A DNA stretch of 64,000 bases from Eledone cirrhosa. Lineage: Eukaryota. The stretch covers positions 33,480,001 to 33,544,000 of the forward strand of contig OZ024749.1 in NCBI GenBank assembly GCA_964016885.1. Direction: 5' to 3'. Each line of letters opens with the position of its first letter. Positions within the stretch are counted from its first letter, which is position 1. Under the pieces are notes generated by a model. It was not told where the DNA came from. It made no database searches and saw nothing but the letters and a program-made list of their open reading frames with translations. Below, piece after piece: positions 29,782-44,577 of this stretch. Position numbers and translations under genes: made by a program.

Positions 29782-30630
29782 TATAGCTTGGTCTAATTGA
29801 TTTTTTATATGGTTAATGATGCTAATTGGGAGAGGAAATGGTATATATTTTATCTAATAATTCTAAGGAGATAATTTATGATATATTGCTCTGATTATTT
29901 AATTTATTAATTCTTCATAGAGCTACAACGTGACCGGTTGCAACATATATATCTATGAATTTATGTATATGTAAACATTTATATTTAATAATCTCCCATT
30001 AGGTTGAGATACAATTGGGCGATATTGGGCTGCGCTTTCTAGCAACAAGCCTACCCGCCGTAAGCAACTAATCACATTCTTTCTAACTTGATCACTGCCA
30101 CGTCACAATTCTTAGCCATTTTTGAATCTATTTTTGGCGCGATCACTTTGGAAAACTAAATGTCTAATTTTGAGTTTGTCTCCTGATGATTCCGATACTC
30201 CGGACATATCCTATTAATTGGATGTCTAAAAATACGGATGAAACCATGGTAGAGATATAATTACGGTATGTACACATTTCTTCTAAGTCTGAATTTGCAC
30301 CTAATTGTGTATGGTTGATGGTATATTTAGTCAGTTTCTACATGCTGTCGAAATGTTGGATAAATACTCTATTGGGGCCACCGCGAAGAGGCCGCTTTCG
30401 GTTATTTGTCGGAAATTTCTTCATAGGAGCCTTTATTCTTATAGCTTGGTCTAATTGATTTTTTATATGGTTAATTATGCTAATTGGGAGAGGAAATGGT
30501 ATATATTTTATCTAATAATTCTAAGGACATGATTTATGATATATTGCTCTGATTATTTAATTTATTAATTCTTCATAGAGCTACAACGTGACCGGTTGCA
30601 ACATGATTTTATGTATATGTAAACCTTTAT
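29782..30630 (+). mobile_element. Partial-tandem element: ~190-200 bp direct repeats, 658-bp period, one hammerhead
   Basis: 29782-29984 is repeated at 30440-30630. Hammerhead at 30177-30257 lies between the repeats. Confidence 0.7.
30177..30257 (+). ncRNA. Type-I hammerhead motif inside a partial-tandem element
   Basis: TGTCTC-CTGATGA-tTCCG...CGGAt-GAAA-CCATGG-TA-GAGATA. Palindromic stem III, GUA triplet. Confidence 0.8.
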
Positions 30631-30651
30631 ATATATATAAATATATATATA

Positions 30652-30817
30652 TAAAGGAGAAAGTATGACCCCGACGGCAGAGCTCAAGCCGTTTCGACGG
30701 CTATTTCTGGACTAAAGTAAGAGTTTATTTTTTTAGTCAGACTAAAAAAACTCTTACTTTAGTCCAGAAATAGCCATCGAAACGGCTTGAGCTCTGCCGT
30801 CGGGGTCATACTTTCTC

Positions 30818-30822
<5 letters not shown>
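30652..30822. mobile_element. Family A variant, pure palindrome without tail
   Basis: About 85-bp inverted arms, (TA)n both sides. Confidence 0.85.
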
Positions 30823-30868
<46 letters not shown>

Positions 30869-31020
30869 AATATGTAAAATTAGGTAGTAACATGTGCTTA
30901 CGCCGTATTTGACTAAGTAGAATTAGTCCGTTAGTTGAGATTTTAAAAAAACCTCTGAATGGAAAAAAGGATGAGTATTGATGTACATGGGATACGAACC
31001 CACATCTCCCTATATATATA

Positions 31021-31177
31021 TGTAAACATTCTTATTTAGTCCAGAATTAGCCGTCGAAACGGCTTGAGCTCTGCCGTCGGGGTCATATTTGTTCCTATTA
31101 CCCACTCTACTACTCTAAGTATTGAGTACTTTGGTGCGTAATGGTCCATCTGGTTCCTTACCACATTTCCTTCGTTA
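31021..31177 (+). mobile_element. Family A, long arm plus tail only
   Basis: No inverted arm. Identical tail terminus. Confidence 0.85.
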
Positions 31178-31387
31178 TATATATGACTTGATGATACAAA
31201 AACAAGTTCGAGTGACTTGATGATACAACAGTATAAATGCTAATAAAATGTAAAGCTCAATATAATTGTATAACCCAAAACAAGATGGGTATAAACAGTC
31301 AAATGTTTAATGCAATGGATAAAATTCCGATCACTGCAGTGTCATAATTTCAAACAGCATGCTATAATATCAGACAACATATATATA

Positions 31388-31668
31388 TACAATGAAAGTT
31401 TAGACAAGGATAATTATTAAAACATTTAATGGATATACGGACATTTCGCTAGACTAACAGGAATGATAAGTTTATTCCACTAAGAATAGCTCATCAGAGT
31501 CAATTGAGCAGAAATAATTTACCTAAAATATTTTAATATGTAAGTGATATTAAAACATGAAAGGTATTTAATTGACTCTGATGAGCTATTCTTTCGTATT
31601 AGTCTAACGAAACGTTCGCAAGGCCATTAAATGTTTAAATAATAATTCTTTCCTAAAATTTCATTATA
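31388..31668. mobile_element. Older diverged fold-back element with hammerhead cores
   Basis: Inverted arms ~31388-31506 / 31571-31668 between (TA)n runs. Confidence 0.6.
31572..31618 (+). ncRNA. Degenerate hammerhead core (mirror at ~31439-31505)
   Basis: CTGATGA-GCTA...TAAC-GAAACGTT. The mirror arm reads CTGATGA-GCTA...TAGC-GAAATGTC. Stem I pairs poorly. Confidence 0.5.
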
Positions 31669-31809
31669 TATATATAGTATATAATGAAAGTTTAGGAAAG
31701 AATTATATATATATATAAATATTATATATATATATATATATTATATATACATACATAGGCAGATAATAGATAAACAATGAATGAATTGAAAGTATTATTA
31801 TGATAAATG

Positions 31810-31855
<46 letters not shown>

Positions 31856-32383
31856 AATACACGCAATATATACATATAAATACAGGCATACACATAGGAG
31901 TATATATATATATATATATATATATATACTTCTATGTGTATGCGTATATTTATATGTATATATTTATATATATGACTGAAACAAAATAGATAGATATAGA
32001 GAGATTGTTATTAGAAGAGAAAGCAATTCCAGTTTTGACTGATGACGCGTAACATTTCCGCTTTACTTACTAACGATAATACATTTAGATGAATGTTGGC
32101 GTTTTATTCCAGAAAGTTCTGAGGAAGAAACAAAAGAGATTACCAATGTAACATCATTAAGAACAACAGCAATAAGATTGGATGTAGAAAAAAGTTCAAC
32201 GAGAACAAGAGAAAATAATAAAAATTCTCTAAAAACGAAAATAAGAAAACGACAATAAAATAATTTGTCCGTTGTATTGTAAATGGCGGACATTACTAGA
32301 GAAATTATTCCACTTTTTATCTTCTTTCATGCATAAATACATATATACGTACATATATACACATACATAAATACATATATGTA

Positions 32384-32462
<79 letters not shown>

Positions 32463-32534
32463 CTCAAGTATGAAATTTGTAGAAATTTGTAGAAAAAAAT
32501 ACAAATTCCTATAAATTTCATACTCGACGACCCA

Positions 32535-32637
<103 letters not shown>

Positions 32638-33661
32638 CAATATCGGAGAAAGCTTTTTAGCGATACTCCGGCCAAATTCCAACTCACTCAACAAACATTA
32701 GGAAATAAGTGATTATATTCCCAATTATGTGTTCGGGGTGCTAACTAAAAGTATTGCGTGGAAAGTTGGCTGTATTATTTCAAATGAGACATATCTAATA
32801 TATCTAATATATATATATATATTTATATATATATGTGTGTATATGAGTGTAATATATGTATATGTATATACATAATATATATATATGTGCGTGTAATGTA
32901 TGTACATACATACATATATATATTTTAGTTATATATATATAAATATTATATATATATGTAATGTGTGTATATACATATATATATGACTGACCAATGAAGC
33001 ATAGGGGAATTAGAAATTTGAAAATATAGTAGCCACAATGCAGATAACTATAAAGAATTGAATTACATGTACGTTAGGCTGGAAGCCATCTACCAATTCT
33101 TCAAGATCCTCTCTAACAAATATTCCATAATTTATCATCTGGTAATTAAATGATTTATTTAAATTATTAACAATCTATTTTATTTTACTAATAATTTCTA
33201 ACATGACCATAAGGTTACACATCTTCAATGAAAAAGTTTTTATGTCAAACGATTGGACAGAAATCAATAATTATCTGGAACTTATCTGGATTATACCGGA
33301 ACGGTAATAGTTAAAATTGACTTAGGTGGAATTAGAAATAAGAATTTAATGAATTGTAACTTTTTTTCAAATCCAGCTTTGTACACGGTCAGTATTTCGT
33401 TTGTATTGTTATTGATGCGATGTAGCGTGGTGGATTGGCGGTGCTGCAGTATTTAGTTGAGAATTTCTACGTTCTGTGTTCAAATTCCGCAACCCAGGTC
33501 AACTTTACCTTTCATTCTTCCGGAGTCGATAAAACAAGGACTCTGTTAAATACATGAGTTGATATTGCTGGCCTTGTGCCAATGTTAAAAAGAATTGTTA
33601 TGAGGCAATGTGGGCGGTAGATAAGCAGTATCCTTAGAGAGTCGAACAAAATGCTTTACAG

Positions 33662-33858
33662 CAGGCATATCAAACTGAGGGTCCCTCGAGGGCGACATGG
33701 GTCATATACGTGTTGTCTGAGGGCCACACACGACAACTAATTGCGCATATTACTAATTTTTTAAATTCTATATTACGAAGATAAACATGCTCGCGCTGTA
33801 AATACCTCTGTGCGGGCCGCAGGTGTGCTTGAAAAGGGCCGCATGTTTGACGTGCCTT
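33662..33858. mobile_element. hAT-type MITE inserted in a SINE
   Basis: TIRs CAGGCATATCAAAC / GTTTGACGTGCCTT. 8-bp TSD CTTTACAG on both sides. Confidence 0.85.
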
Positions 33859-34857
33859 CTTTACAGTATTTCTTTATGAGCTTTCATCCTTACGGGGTCG
33901 ATAAAATAAAGTACCAGTTAAGTACTGGTGTGGTATAATCGTGTAGCCTCTTCCCACCCAGGATTTGTGCAGCAGTTAGAAATCATTATTAGTATTATTT
34001 TAGCTTTTTAAAAAAATAAAAACCAACTTTTTTCTCCACGTAATTTTGAAATTTAATCCACCCTCTTCCACCTTCCTTGTTAGACTGAGTAAATTACTTG
34101 GTATGTTTTAGACTGCATATTAAAACACACGCTCCCTCCATACATACACACGCACACATGCACACAAACACATATACATACACACATACACACATATACA
34201 CATATATACACACATATACACACTCATACACACACATACACACGTACACACAGACATACATGCATACACACGCATACACATACACACATACACACACACA
34301 CTTACACACACATACACACGTACACACATACACACAAACATACACACATACACACACACACATATATACACTTACATACACACACATACATATACACACA
34401 TACACACATGGACACACATACACACGCGCACACACACACACATTCACACACACATATACACACATACATACACATATACATGCACACACACATACATACA
34501 CACACATACATACACACACATACATACACACATACATACATACACATATACACACATACATACATACATACATATATACATACACACACATACACACATG
34601 GACACACACACACGCACATACACACGCACGCACACATGCATACACACACACATACCCTCACCCCCAATAGCAAATAAAGCTGTTTCATCACACAGTGTTA
34701 TTCATTTAATCTAGAACAATCAATACTGGCGCCATTTTGTTGAGAAACATTCTCAGATTAAGAATAAAAACCATGAAGGAAAAACAAGAAATGATTTGAG
34801 AAACAACATATATATATACATACATACAAGCACTCATATATATATGTGTACACACAT

Positions 34858-34888
<31 letters not shown>

Positions 34889-35148
34889 AATAAATATATA
34901 TAATGCGTGTATAAATATATATATACATATATATTTGATTCTATGTATCTGTGAATATATATATATATGCATATATATGTTTGTATGTGTGTATATGTTT
35001 ATATGTATGTACATATTATATGTATGTGTGTATATATATATATATATAAAACAAGTAATGATTTAAGAGACAATATATAAATATATAGGCCAATGAAAGA
35101 CAAGGCAAAACAAATACTGTGCTCAACGTTGTTATGGTTACGTGATTA

Positions 35149-35217
<69 letters not shown>

Positions 35218-35626
35218 CGTTTCTGAATTTGGTTAGCAAGATTTTTTATCTGAAAACGTGTATATATATATTTGTACATAAATTTGGTTCTTATTCATGT
35301 AAAATAACCTGTAAATCAAATTTGAACAAAGGTCTTTAAAAAAAAGGAAACAGCAAAAAAACAAAACAAAAAAAAACAACAAAAAAAAAAACAAAGACCG
35401 CGAAAAGAGCAACAAATAAACAAATAAACAAAAAAATTACAGTAAAATGAAGAAATTGAAGAATTCCTTTTTTTTTTTACAATTTATCATCGTTAACTAA
35501 TAGAAAGCACGCTCTGAAGGCAGTTCTATGGTGGTTTATGTGATATGCACACATACACACATACATATATGTGCATTGAGCAATAGTCTGACCTGTGGTC
35601 TTTCTTAGGCTCCGTACCGCGAACAC

Positions 35627-35662
<36 letters not shown>

Positions 35663-35666
<4 letters not shown>

Positions 35667-35874
35667 AACGAGTAGGACCCCGACGGCTGAGCTCAAGCCG
35701 TTTCGACGGCTAATTCTGGACTAAATAAACATTTAGTCCAGAATTAGCCGTCGAAACGGCTTGAGCTCAGCCGTCGGGGTCCTACGCGTTCCTATTACCC
35801 ACTCTACTACCCTAAGTATTGAGTACTTTGGTGCGTTATGGTCCACCTGGTTCCTTACCACATTTCCTTCGTTA
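35663..35874 (+). mobile_element. Family A hairpin element
   Basis: Inverted arms plus tail in (TA)n. Confidence 0.85.
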
Positions 35875-36054
35875 TATATATATATATATATATTGCCTTT
35901 CCCTTGGACCTCATCAGTGGCGTGGAGAGGGTAGACTGGTATGCATGGGCGACTATTGGTCTTCCACAAACAACCTTGCCTGGACTTGTGCCTCGGAGGA
36001 AAACTTTCTAGGTGCAAATCCCATGGTGATTCGTGACCGAACGGGGTCTTTACC

Positions 36055-36093
<39 letters not shown>

Positions 36094-36151
36094 TTAATAT
36101 AGATGAGATTCTACAGGACTAGAACTGTTTCATTCTTTAGAAATCATCAGG

Positions 36152-36343
<192 letters not shown>

Positions 36344-36354
36344 TATATATATAT

Positions 36355-36423
<69 letters not shown>

Positions 36424-36436
36424 TATATATATATAT

Positions 36437-36497
<61 letters not shown>

Positions 36498-36500
<3 letters not shown>

Positions 36501-36612
36501 CGTGTGGCTGAGTGGTTAGAGAATTGGATTCGCAATCGCAAAGTTGTGAGTTCGATTCCTGGACCAGGTGATGCGTTATGTCCTTGAGCAAGACACTTTA
36601 TTTCACGTTGTT
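36498..36612 (+). mobile_element. tRNA-SINE head plus CORE-like segment
   Basis: TGGCTGAGTGGTTAGAG...GAGTTCGATTCC...TCCTTGAGCAAGACACTT. Confidence 0.7.
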
Positions 36613-36715
36613 CCTTCTACCTGGAGTTGCGACCGATAGATAGTATTATTAATTGGAAAGACCAACGGAAACATTGTTCCCTCGGTCCGTTTTGACGAAA
36701 GTCGATCGTCCTTTT

Positions 36716-36751
<36 letters not shown>

Positions 36752-36752
<1 letters not shown>

Positions 36753-36945
36753 TCAGGTCTTTACGTCTCTTCGTTGCTGTAGTGAAGTTTGTGCTGCTGT
36801 ACGGGTCTGAGACTTGGACACTGACCAAGAAACTCACTCAGATGGTGGATGGGTATTACACGAGAATGCTGAGGATGGCTCTGAACATTAATCAGTATAC
36901 ACTGAGGATGAAGGACTCAGAGCTGTACGGGAGCCTTTTTGAGGC
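36752..36945 (+). mobile_element. RTE LINE internal fragment
   Basis: VLLYGSETWTLTKK...GYYTRMLRMALNI, the RTE post-RT motif. Confidence 0.8.
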
Positions 36946-37465
36946 CTGCTGGCACCAGTTGTGACGGGAAGCACATCTCTTCTTCGGAGAGATGACTTGG
37001 CAAGCTAATTAGAACACTGGATTAACCCCTTTACTTCCCCCCAAAGAAGAGACATTATCTGGAAAATTAAGGATATTTAAATAAATTTAAGGTAAAAGAC
37101 TAATTGTCAACAATATCTTTTGCATCTTCATGGATTACCCACACGCAGAATTTGACTTATAACCAATCCTCCTAACATCCTTGGAACTTACCAACTTTTC
37201 AACCATCCTCTTACGTCATCACCTATATAACTCACCCACACACACACCCCAAACAATTTTTTTTCTCCACACGCCACCCACACCCACAACACGCTTAAAC
37301 CCCACACACACGTGCTTCCCACCACATATTTACACCCTCAGCCTCCTGATTCCTCTCCCCCTACCCCCTATCCACACACGCACAGACACTCCGACCCACA
37401 AAAACACCCCCCACACACACCTCTTCCTGAACATGCAACCCCGTTCTTCCCCCAACCCTTACTTT

Positions 37466-37496
<31 letters not shown>

Positions 37497-37799
37497 CTAC
37501 ACACACACACCACCTTCAGCCCTCCCCGCTCGGACACCCCGTCTCCCTCTCCCCACTCCACCCGCCACCACCCCTACTCACCCCACACCCTTCAACCACC
37601 TGTTTACCCCCCTTTTAATTTCAGTTTATTTTGATCATGCCTTTATTTTTAAATTTTCTCATTCCTTGTATTTTGATCATGCTTTATTTTTATTTTTTAT
37701 CTTTATTTGTTAATTTTTCATTCGCACCGTTTCCTTTCGCTATATGTCTCTCCACCACTCCCCTACACACCTTTTGAACTCTGTTCCCACACACTTCTC

Positions 37800-37831
37800 A
37801 CCTGAGGAAGGGCTTATGCCCGAAACGTCGT
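37800..37831 (+). ncRNA. Ultra-minimal hammerhead motif (GAAACGUH class)
   Basis: AC-CTGAGGA-A-GGGC(ttat)GCCC-GAAAC-GTC-GT. Stem I only 2 bp. Confidence 0.7.
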
Positions 37832-37980
37832 CCCCCACCTACCCCCCACTCTCCCGAGCGTGAAATTAATAAACATTTATTGTACTGCCTCTCTGTTTTG
37901 TCTCTGTTCTAATTTTTCCATTATATATATATATTTATTAAAATAACAGATTAAAGTTTAAGCAAAGAATTTATTAATAT

Positions 37981-38035
<55 letters not shown>

Positions 38036-38143
38036 GTATGTATATAGAGAGAAAGGACCATATATCGTAGAGAATACACAATATATTGTATATATACATT
38101 CTAACTACATATTTTAGAGAAGAATATGTACTCTATATATGCG

Positions 38144-38231
<88 letters not shown>

Positions 38232-40426
38232 GTTAGTTAGTTCCACAAGAAATTACCAAACCATACCCGAGGATGCTCGTGTCACCGACCGGATTTTCAA
38301 CCTGTTTGTGACTGCGATGAGAACGGAAGTGTATATGACTGGGTCCTGATAATTTGTTGTGGAACTAATTCTATACCGAACTCGTCATCTGGACTGAGTG
38401 CTCTACTTACTACGGGTATAACCTCCCGTTTCTTTTTAGCACTATATATATACACACATATATATATATTACATGTGCGCGCACACATATATATGTATGC
38501 AATAATTGATGAGAACTTCAGAAAACTGGTACAATACAGTAGAAATATATAAAGGTTAAAGGACACTAATAAAACAAAGCAAAATAATGTTTTTTCATCA
38601 AGTATATTTCAACATGATATTTCGGCGTTATGACCCTTATTTCAAATGCAAAACAAAAACGATGCGTTCTTCCTTAACAGGTGCGTGTGTGTGGATTGCG
38701 CATGCAAGGACCATTAATAGAAGCCACTCTGCTTCTTACAGATAAAGAAGCTTCAATCATTAATATACAGATGCCACAAATATACAATAGAACAGAACTA
38801 CATGGAGCAGAGTGCTATTATGACTGATGCTTGCATGCACAATCCACAAGTTAAGGAAGAACGCATAGTTTTTGTTTTATATTTGGAAAGAGGGCTCTGG
38901 AATATAATGGGTAAAAACATTATTTTGTTTTATTTTGATATTCAAAACAACAAACAGCGGAGGACGCGTTTCGCACCTGTCCGACAGACAACCTTTCCCC
39001 CCACCCCGGAAAAAAACCCCAGTTGAGGGATGTGAATCCGAAATATATAGGGGCTATTAAATCTCTCCGAAGGTAACTCTCTCTCGTGTTGTTATTTTAA
39101 TTTTATCCTTTATACTCTTCCCTTCATTCTTCTACACATCTTACACATCTTATACACACCACGCATCTCAACGTACACCCACTTACATCTCTCTCTCCAC
39201 CACCGGATCTTGTTACCCGGAGATTTACCCATTTGCATTGTCGAGGCTTCCAAACGACTTAAAGATATTTAATTATTTTGTTTTGTTTTATTTGTCCTCG
39301 TTTGCCCTTTATACATTTCTACTGCATTGTACTGGATTTCTGAAGGTTTTGGTGAAACTCTGCAAGCCAAAATATATTTGTATCTGAAGTAATTTTTCCT
39401 TCAAATAGTAAGTACTGAATTAAGTTCAAGAATAGTTACAACATGCTGGGAATGCAATTTTCTTGTAACTACAGACAATACAAAACTTCTCTTATTCATA
39501 CAATCACACACACACATACACGTACGTACACACGTACACACACACATACATTTATATATATATATACATACATATATACATATACACCTACATACATACA
39601 TACATACATACATGCAGTGGTTCATTTATTATAAAACGGCATATGATTTTCTTTTCAAATCTATTCACCGGAGGTCGCATATAATCCATTAGTTTCATCT
39701 GAAGACACATTGCTAAGTAGTTTTAGCCGTGGACTAGATGGTGTGCTATGACCTTAAGCGAGACAGTTTAGTTCACTTTGTATTAGTTCACTCTGCTGGA
39801 CAAAAAAGAGTTGCGATAATACTGGTGCCAAGCTGTATTGCTTTTGATCTTCCATTGGACAACATCAGTATCGTGAATAGGGGAGGATAGCATACATGTG
39901 TGACAGCTGCTCTACCATAAAGGTTTTCACCTTAGACAGATACTTTGCAAGTATAAGCCCATGAAAGGTCATGACCAAAGGAAACCTATTAACTGACTAT
40001 ATAGAATGTAATTCCCATGCAATACTTATAACTAGAAGATGTTATATAAAAATGCATTTTTAACGCACTTCACTGGCTAGGAATTCTTTTTATAGTCATT
40101 TATCATTAGATATCTTTCGACTGAAAGGATAAATAATTTTCCATGGTTCCTCACCATCGTTGATTAATTTATATATATTTTATGTAAACTTATCTTTAGA
40201 TCGCTGGCCTGTGGAACTAGTTATACATTTAACTGAACAGATAGTAAATTCTTGAAGGTAATTGATTTTCAGCAGCATGGGAACATGCCAAATAGAGAAA
40301 ATGGCAAAGTCAAAGGCATTTTATGGGAACCAAGTCTGGATTATTTAATTTCATTAAAATCTAGTGAAGATTATTAACGCCACAAAACGTTGAAAGTCCA
40401 ACTGTTGCCATAGCAAATCAGTTTTT

Positions 40427-40555
40427 AATGTTAATTTCAACGTTACCAAGACCTTTTCTTTTACGACTAACGTTAATTTCAACGTTACTAAAACTTTTTT
40501 TATACGACTAATGTCAATTTCAACGTTACTAAAACCTTTTTCACAACTAATGTTA
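40427..40555. repeat. About 42-bp tandem repeat, 3 copies
   Basis: aatgttaatttcaacgttac(c/t)aa..cttttt..acgact repeated. Confidence 0.85.
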
Positions 40556-41324
40556 CTTCCCTTACGATACTTCAGTAGTAATTTTTGAAACAACGATTAA
40601 CCCTAAAAACTGTGATATAGCTTTATTTCCTGATTTATCTTAATACCTAACACACGTTAATTGTAAAACCACACACACAGACAAGTAATATCAGTTGATT
40701 CATCTAAAATCAAATAGAACTGGCTATGGTTTATGTATTCCATTTATCTCTTCAGTAAAGTTGAAGCTTTATAAACGTAGTACATGTTCAATATAGTTTA
40801 AAATCAGCTTCAATTCTTGATGAAGCTACTTCTTTATTAATAAGTTCTAAATGATTGACGCTACGAATCTTTACATTAGAAGCTGCAAATGTTACTAACT
40901 CTAATACTAAGTTTGTTATAACGGTGCCGGAAAATACTACTTTAATAGTTTGTTGCAAATTTGTGTTTATTACAGCATTATATATTTATGTATAGCTGAA
41001 AAAGTATGCTTTGTTAAATCGGTTACGTGAGCTCGTTTTTCAGCAATGTTACGCTGATTTGACTTGGGAATTACATGTTTGTGGGCTAATCAGCAACTTA
41101 CACGTTAATTCAAGAGTTGGTGGTCCAGGAGTTTGAAAACCACCCCGTACTAAAAAAACTTCAAAAAATCCTCAAAGATTCATCGTCGAAATCGATGAAG
41201 GACCTATTATATTGATCTACCCTATACAAAGCGTTCTTTCTTTTCTAAGACAATGAGGTTAGATTTGAAGGAGATTTGGCATGTACAGGTGTTGATATAT
41301 TTATAAAGAAGGGAAGGTGTGAAG

Positions 41325-41447
<123 letters not shown>

Positions 41448-41485
41448 CGCACACATATACACACATATATATATATATATATATA

Positions 41486-41586
41486 CAGGGTGTCCCCAAA
41501 AATGTATACACACTTTGATTACCTGTATACCTGTACAGGCAATGTTTATTAGAATGGTGTTGAAGAGTCTATACATTTTTTGGGAC

Positions 41587-41591
<5 letters not shown>
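41486..41591. mobile_element. Tc1/mariner-type MITE
   Basis: TIRs CAGGGTGTCCCCAAAAATGTATA / TATACATTTTTTGGGACACCCT, inserted in (TA)n. Confidence 0.8.
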
Positions 41592-41630
<39 letters not shown>

Positions 41631-41969
41631 CAGTGGCTTCTGTCGGAAAGCAAAAGCCTATGGTAGATTAAATTGAACCTCCATACTTAGCTGGTGCCTT
41701 ATTTTATCGGCACCCATGAATAAATGCTCACCGTCCAAAGCGATGGAGGATCCAACAACATCATGATGACTAGGTGACATTAGATAGTTAACAAGGTTAA
41801 GAGAAATGGCTGGGCTGAAGGTGGCGTCATACAGTGTAGGTGGGAGTAACAAAGGGGAGGTAATATTATTCTGGCTTTGATTTTATTGTTGTATTTTATT
41901 TTGTTTACCACGTGTTCAGAAGTCAATTATATAAGTGAAGAGAAGCAGAAAATTGCATGTAATGATATA

Positions 41970-42018
41970 ATGATGTTGTTGTTGTTGTCGTTGTTGATGC
42001 TGCTGATGTTGATGGTGT

Positions 42019-42056
<38 letters not shown>

Positions 42057-42213
42057 CGGTCGTTGTTGTTGCAGCCGCTGTTCTATTGCTGTTCATATAA
42101 TCTTGTTGCTGTTGCTATTCTTGTTGTTGATGTTGATGCTGTTGTTATTGTTGCTGTTGTTGCTCCTGTTGTTACTATTGTGCTGTTGCTGTTGTTGTTG
42201 TTGCTATTGTTGC

Positions 42214-42248
<35 letters not shown>

Positions 42249-42341
42249 TTGTTGTTGATGTTGATGCTGTTGTTATTGTTGCTGTTGTTGCTCCTGTTGT
42301 TACTATTGTGCTGTTGCTGTTGTTGTTGTTGCTATTGTTGC

Positions 42342-42373
<32 letters not shown>

Positions 42374-43597
42374 TTCTTGTTGTTGTTGATGCTGTTGTTG
42401 ATGTTGTTGTTATTCTTGTTGCTGTTGATGCTGCTGTTTCTGCTTTTGCTGTTGTTGTTGTTGTTGTTGTTGCTGTTGTTGTTATTCTTGCTGTTGATGC
42501 TGTTGCTGCTGTTGATGCTGCTGTTGTTGTTGTTGTTGTTGTTTATTGTTGCTGTTGTTGTTGTTGATGCTGCTGTTGATGCTGTTGTTGTTGCTGTTGT
42601 TGTTAGTGTTGCTGTTGTTGCTGTTGATGCTGCTGTTGTTGTTTTTGTTGCTGTTGTTGTTGTTGTTGTTGCTGTTGTTGTTGCTGTTGTTGCTGTTATT
42701 GTTGCTGCTGCTGTTGTTACTGTTGTTGTTGTTGCTGTTGTCACTGTTGCTGTTGTTGTTATTGTTGCTGTTGTCACTGTTGCTGTTGCTGTTGTTGTTG
42801 CTGCTGCTGTTGTTACTGTTGTTGTTGCTGTTGTTGTTGCTGTTGCTGCTGCTGTTGTTACTGTTGTTGTTGTTGCTGTTGTCACTGTTGCTGTTGCTGT
42901 TATTGTTGCTGCTGTTACTGCTGCTTTTCTTGTTGTAACTGTAGTTTCTTGTATGTTTCTTGTATGTTCCGATTGTTGTTGTTGTTGTTGTTGTTCTTGT
43001 TGTTGTTATCGCTGTTGCTGTTGTTGTTCTAGTTGTTCCTATTGTTGTTGTTATTGTTACCGTTGAGGCTCTTGCCATTGTTGTTGTTATTGTTGTTGCT
43101 GTTGTTGCTGTTATTTTTGTTGTGGCTATTGTTGGTGTTGTTGTTGTTGTTGTGACTGTTGTTGATGTTGTTGTTGTTGTTGTTGGTGTTGTTGTTGTTG
43201 TTGTGGCTATTGTTGGTGTTGTTGTTGTTGTGGCTATTGTTGGTGTTGTTGTTGTTGTGGCTATTGTTGGTGTTGTTGTTGTTGTTGTTGTTGTTGGTGG
43301 TGGTGGTGTTGTTGCTGTTGTTGTGGCTGTTGTTGGTGTTCATTTCTAGCAGAGAAGGAGAAAGAGAGGGAGGAAGAGAGAGAGAGAAGGTAGAGGAGAG
43401 ATAATGAGAGTAGAGATAGGGAGGAAGAGAGAGAGAGAGAGAGAGAGGGGAGAGATAGGGAGAGTAGATATAGGGAGGGAGGGAGAGGGAGAGAGAGGAG
43501 TGATAGTGAGAGAGAGAGAGAGAGTGAGTAACAAAGAGAGAGATAGATAGATAGAGAGAGAGAGAGGGGGAGAGAGAGTAAGGGAGAGAGAGAGGAA

Positions 43598-43630
<33 letters not shown>

Positions 43631-43650
43631 GAGATAGGGGGAGAGAGAGT
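41970..43650. repeat. (GTT/GCT)n and (GA)n low-complexity tract
   Basis: Direct inspection. Confidence 0.95.
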
Positions 43651-44400
43651 TTTAATGACTCTAGTTGTGGTGGTACTTTTCCTTATATTCATTTTTTATT
43701 TACCGTCATTGCGTTTAAGATTATTTGCAATAGATGTTGCAGTTGTTATTGTTGTTGTTGTTGCTGCTGCTGTGGTTGTTGTCGTTGTTGTTCTTGTTGT
43801 TGGTCTTAACTCAACCCTGGTTGAGACCCCCCTCCCCCCATTGTCTATGGTATTTGAGCCACAACTTCGTATTACATTAAGCAGCGATAAGGTTACAAAA
43901 ATGCTCCTTTTTGGTTAGCGTTTACAATATATATATATTATTGTTGTTAGTATTATAGTTATTCTTTAACTGAAGACAGTAAATTGGCAGAATCTTCAGA
44001 TCGTCGGACAAATATTTCGTGTCGGACAAATATTTCAGCTCTAGTCGTGGTTGTGATGGTGTTAGTAGCGGTGTCAGTAGATCTGGTGTTGGTGATGATG
44101 ATGATGTTGATGATGATGATGATGATGATGATCATGATGATGATGATGATGAAGATGATGTTGATAAACATTTTTCTTAGTGTGTGGCCATAGTTTTAAT
44201 TATGAACATAAATATGTCTCAGACAGTCAGTAAATATCCTTGTCCTACTTACTACTAATTAGAAACACAGCAAAACTAAAACTAGAAACAAATATTTTTT
44301 TATTCAATCAAGTAATATGATATTTGACATTATTAATGGTTAAATGTCGATATGGTTAGAAGGTCTAAGGAAAGAATCGGACACAAATTAACCCTTAGAA

Positions 44401-44577
44401 CAGGCATGTCAAACTGAGGGTCCAGCGAGGGCCACACGGGTCACATATGTGTTGTCTGAGGGTCACACACGACAATTAATTGCGCACAATTACGAACATA
44501 AAACATGCTCACGATGTAAAAACCCTTCTGCGGGCTGCAGGTGTGCTTGTTTGTTTGTCGCATGTTTGTCATGTCTG
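44401..44577. mobile_element. hAT-type MITE, second copy
   Basis: TIRs CAGGCATGTCAAAC / GTTTGTCATGTCTG. 8-bp TSD CCTTAGAA. Internal similarity to the 33662 copy. Confidence 0.88.

Noticed and set aside
36498-36566. tRNA gene (also 54440)
   Set aside because: The tRNA-like head runs into a SINE body with no proper acceptor stem.
40270-40378. KVKGILWEPSLDYL resembling BEL/Pao RT
   Set aside because: Single short motif surrounded by stops, insufficient support.
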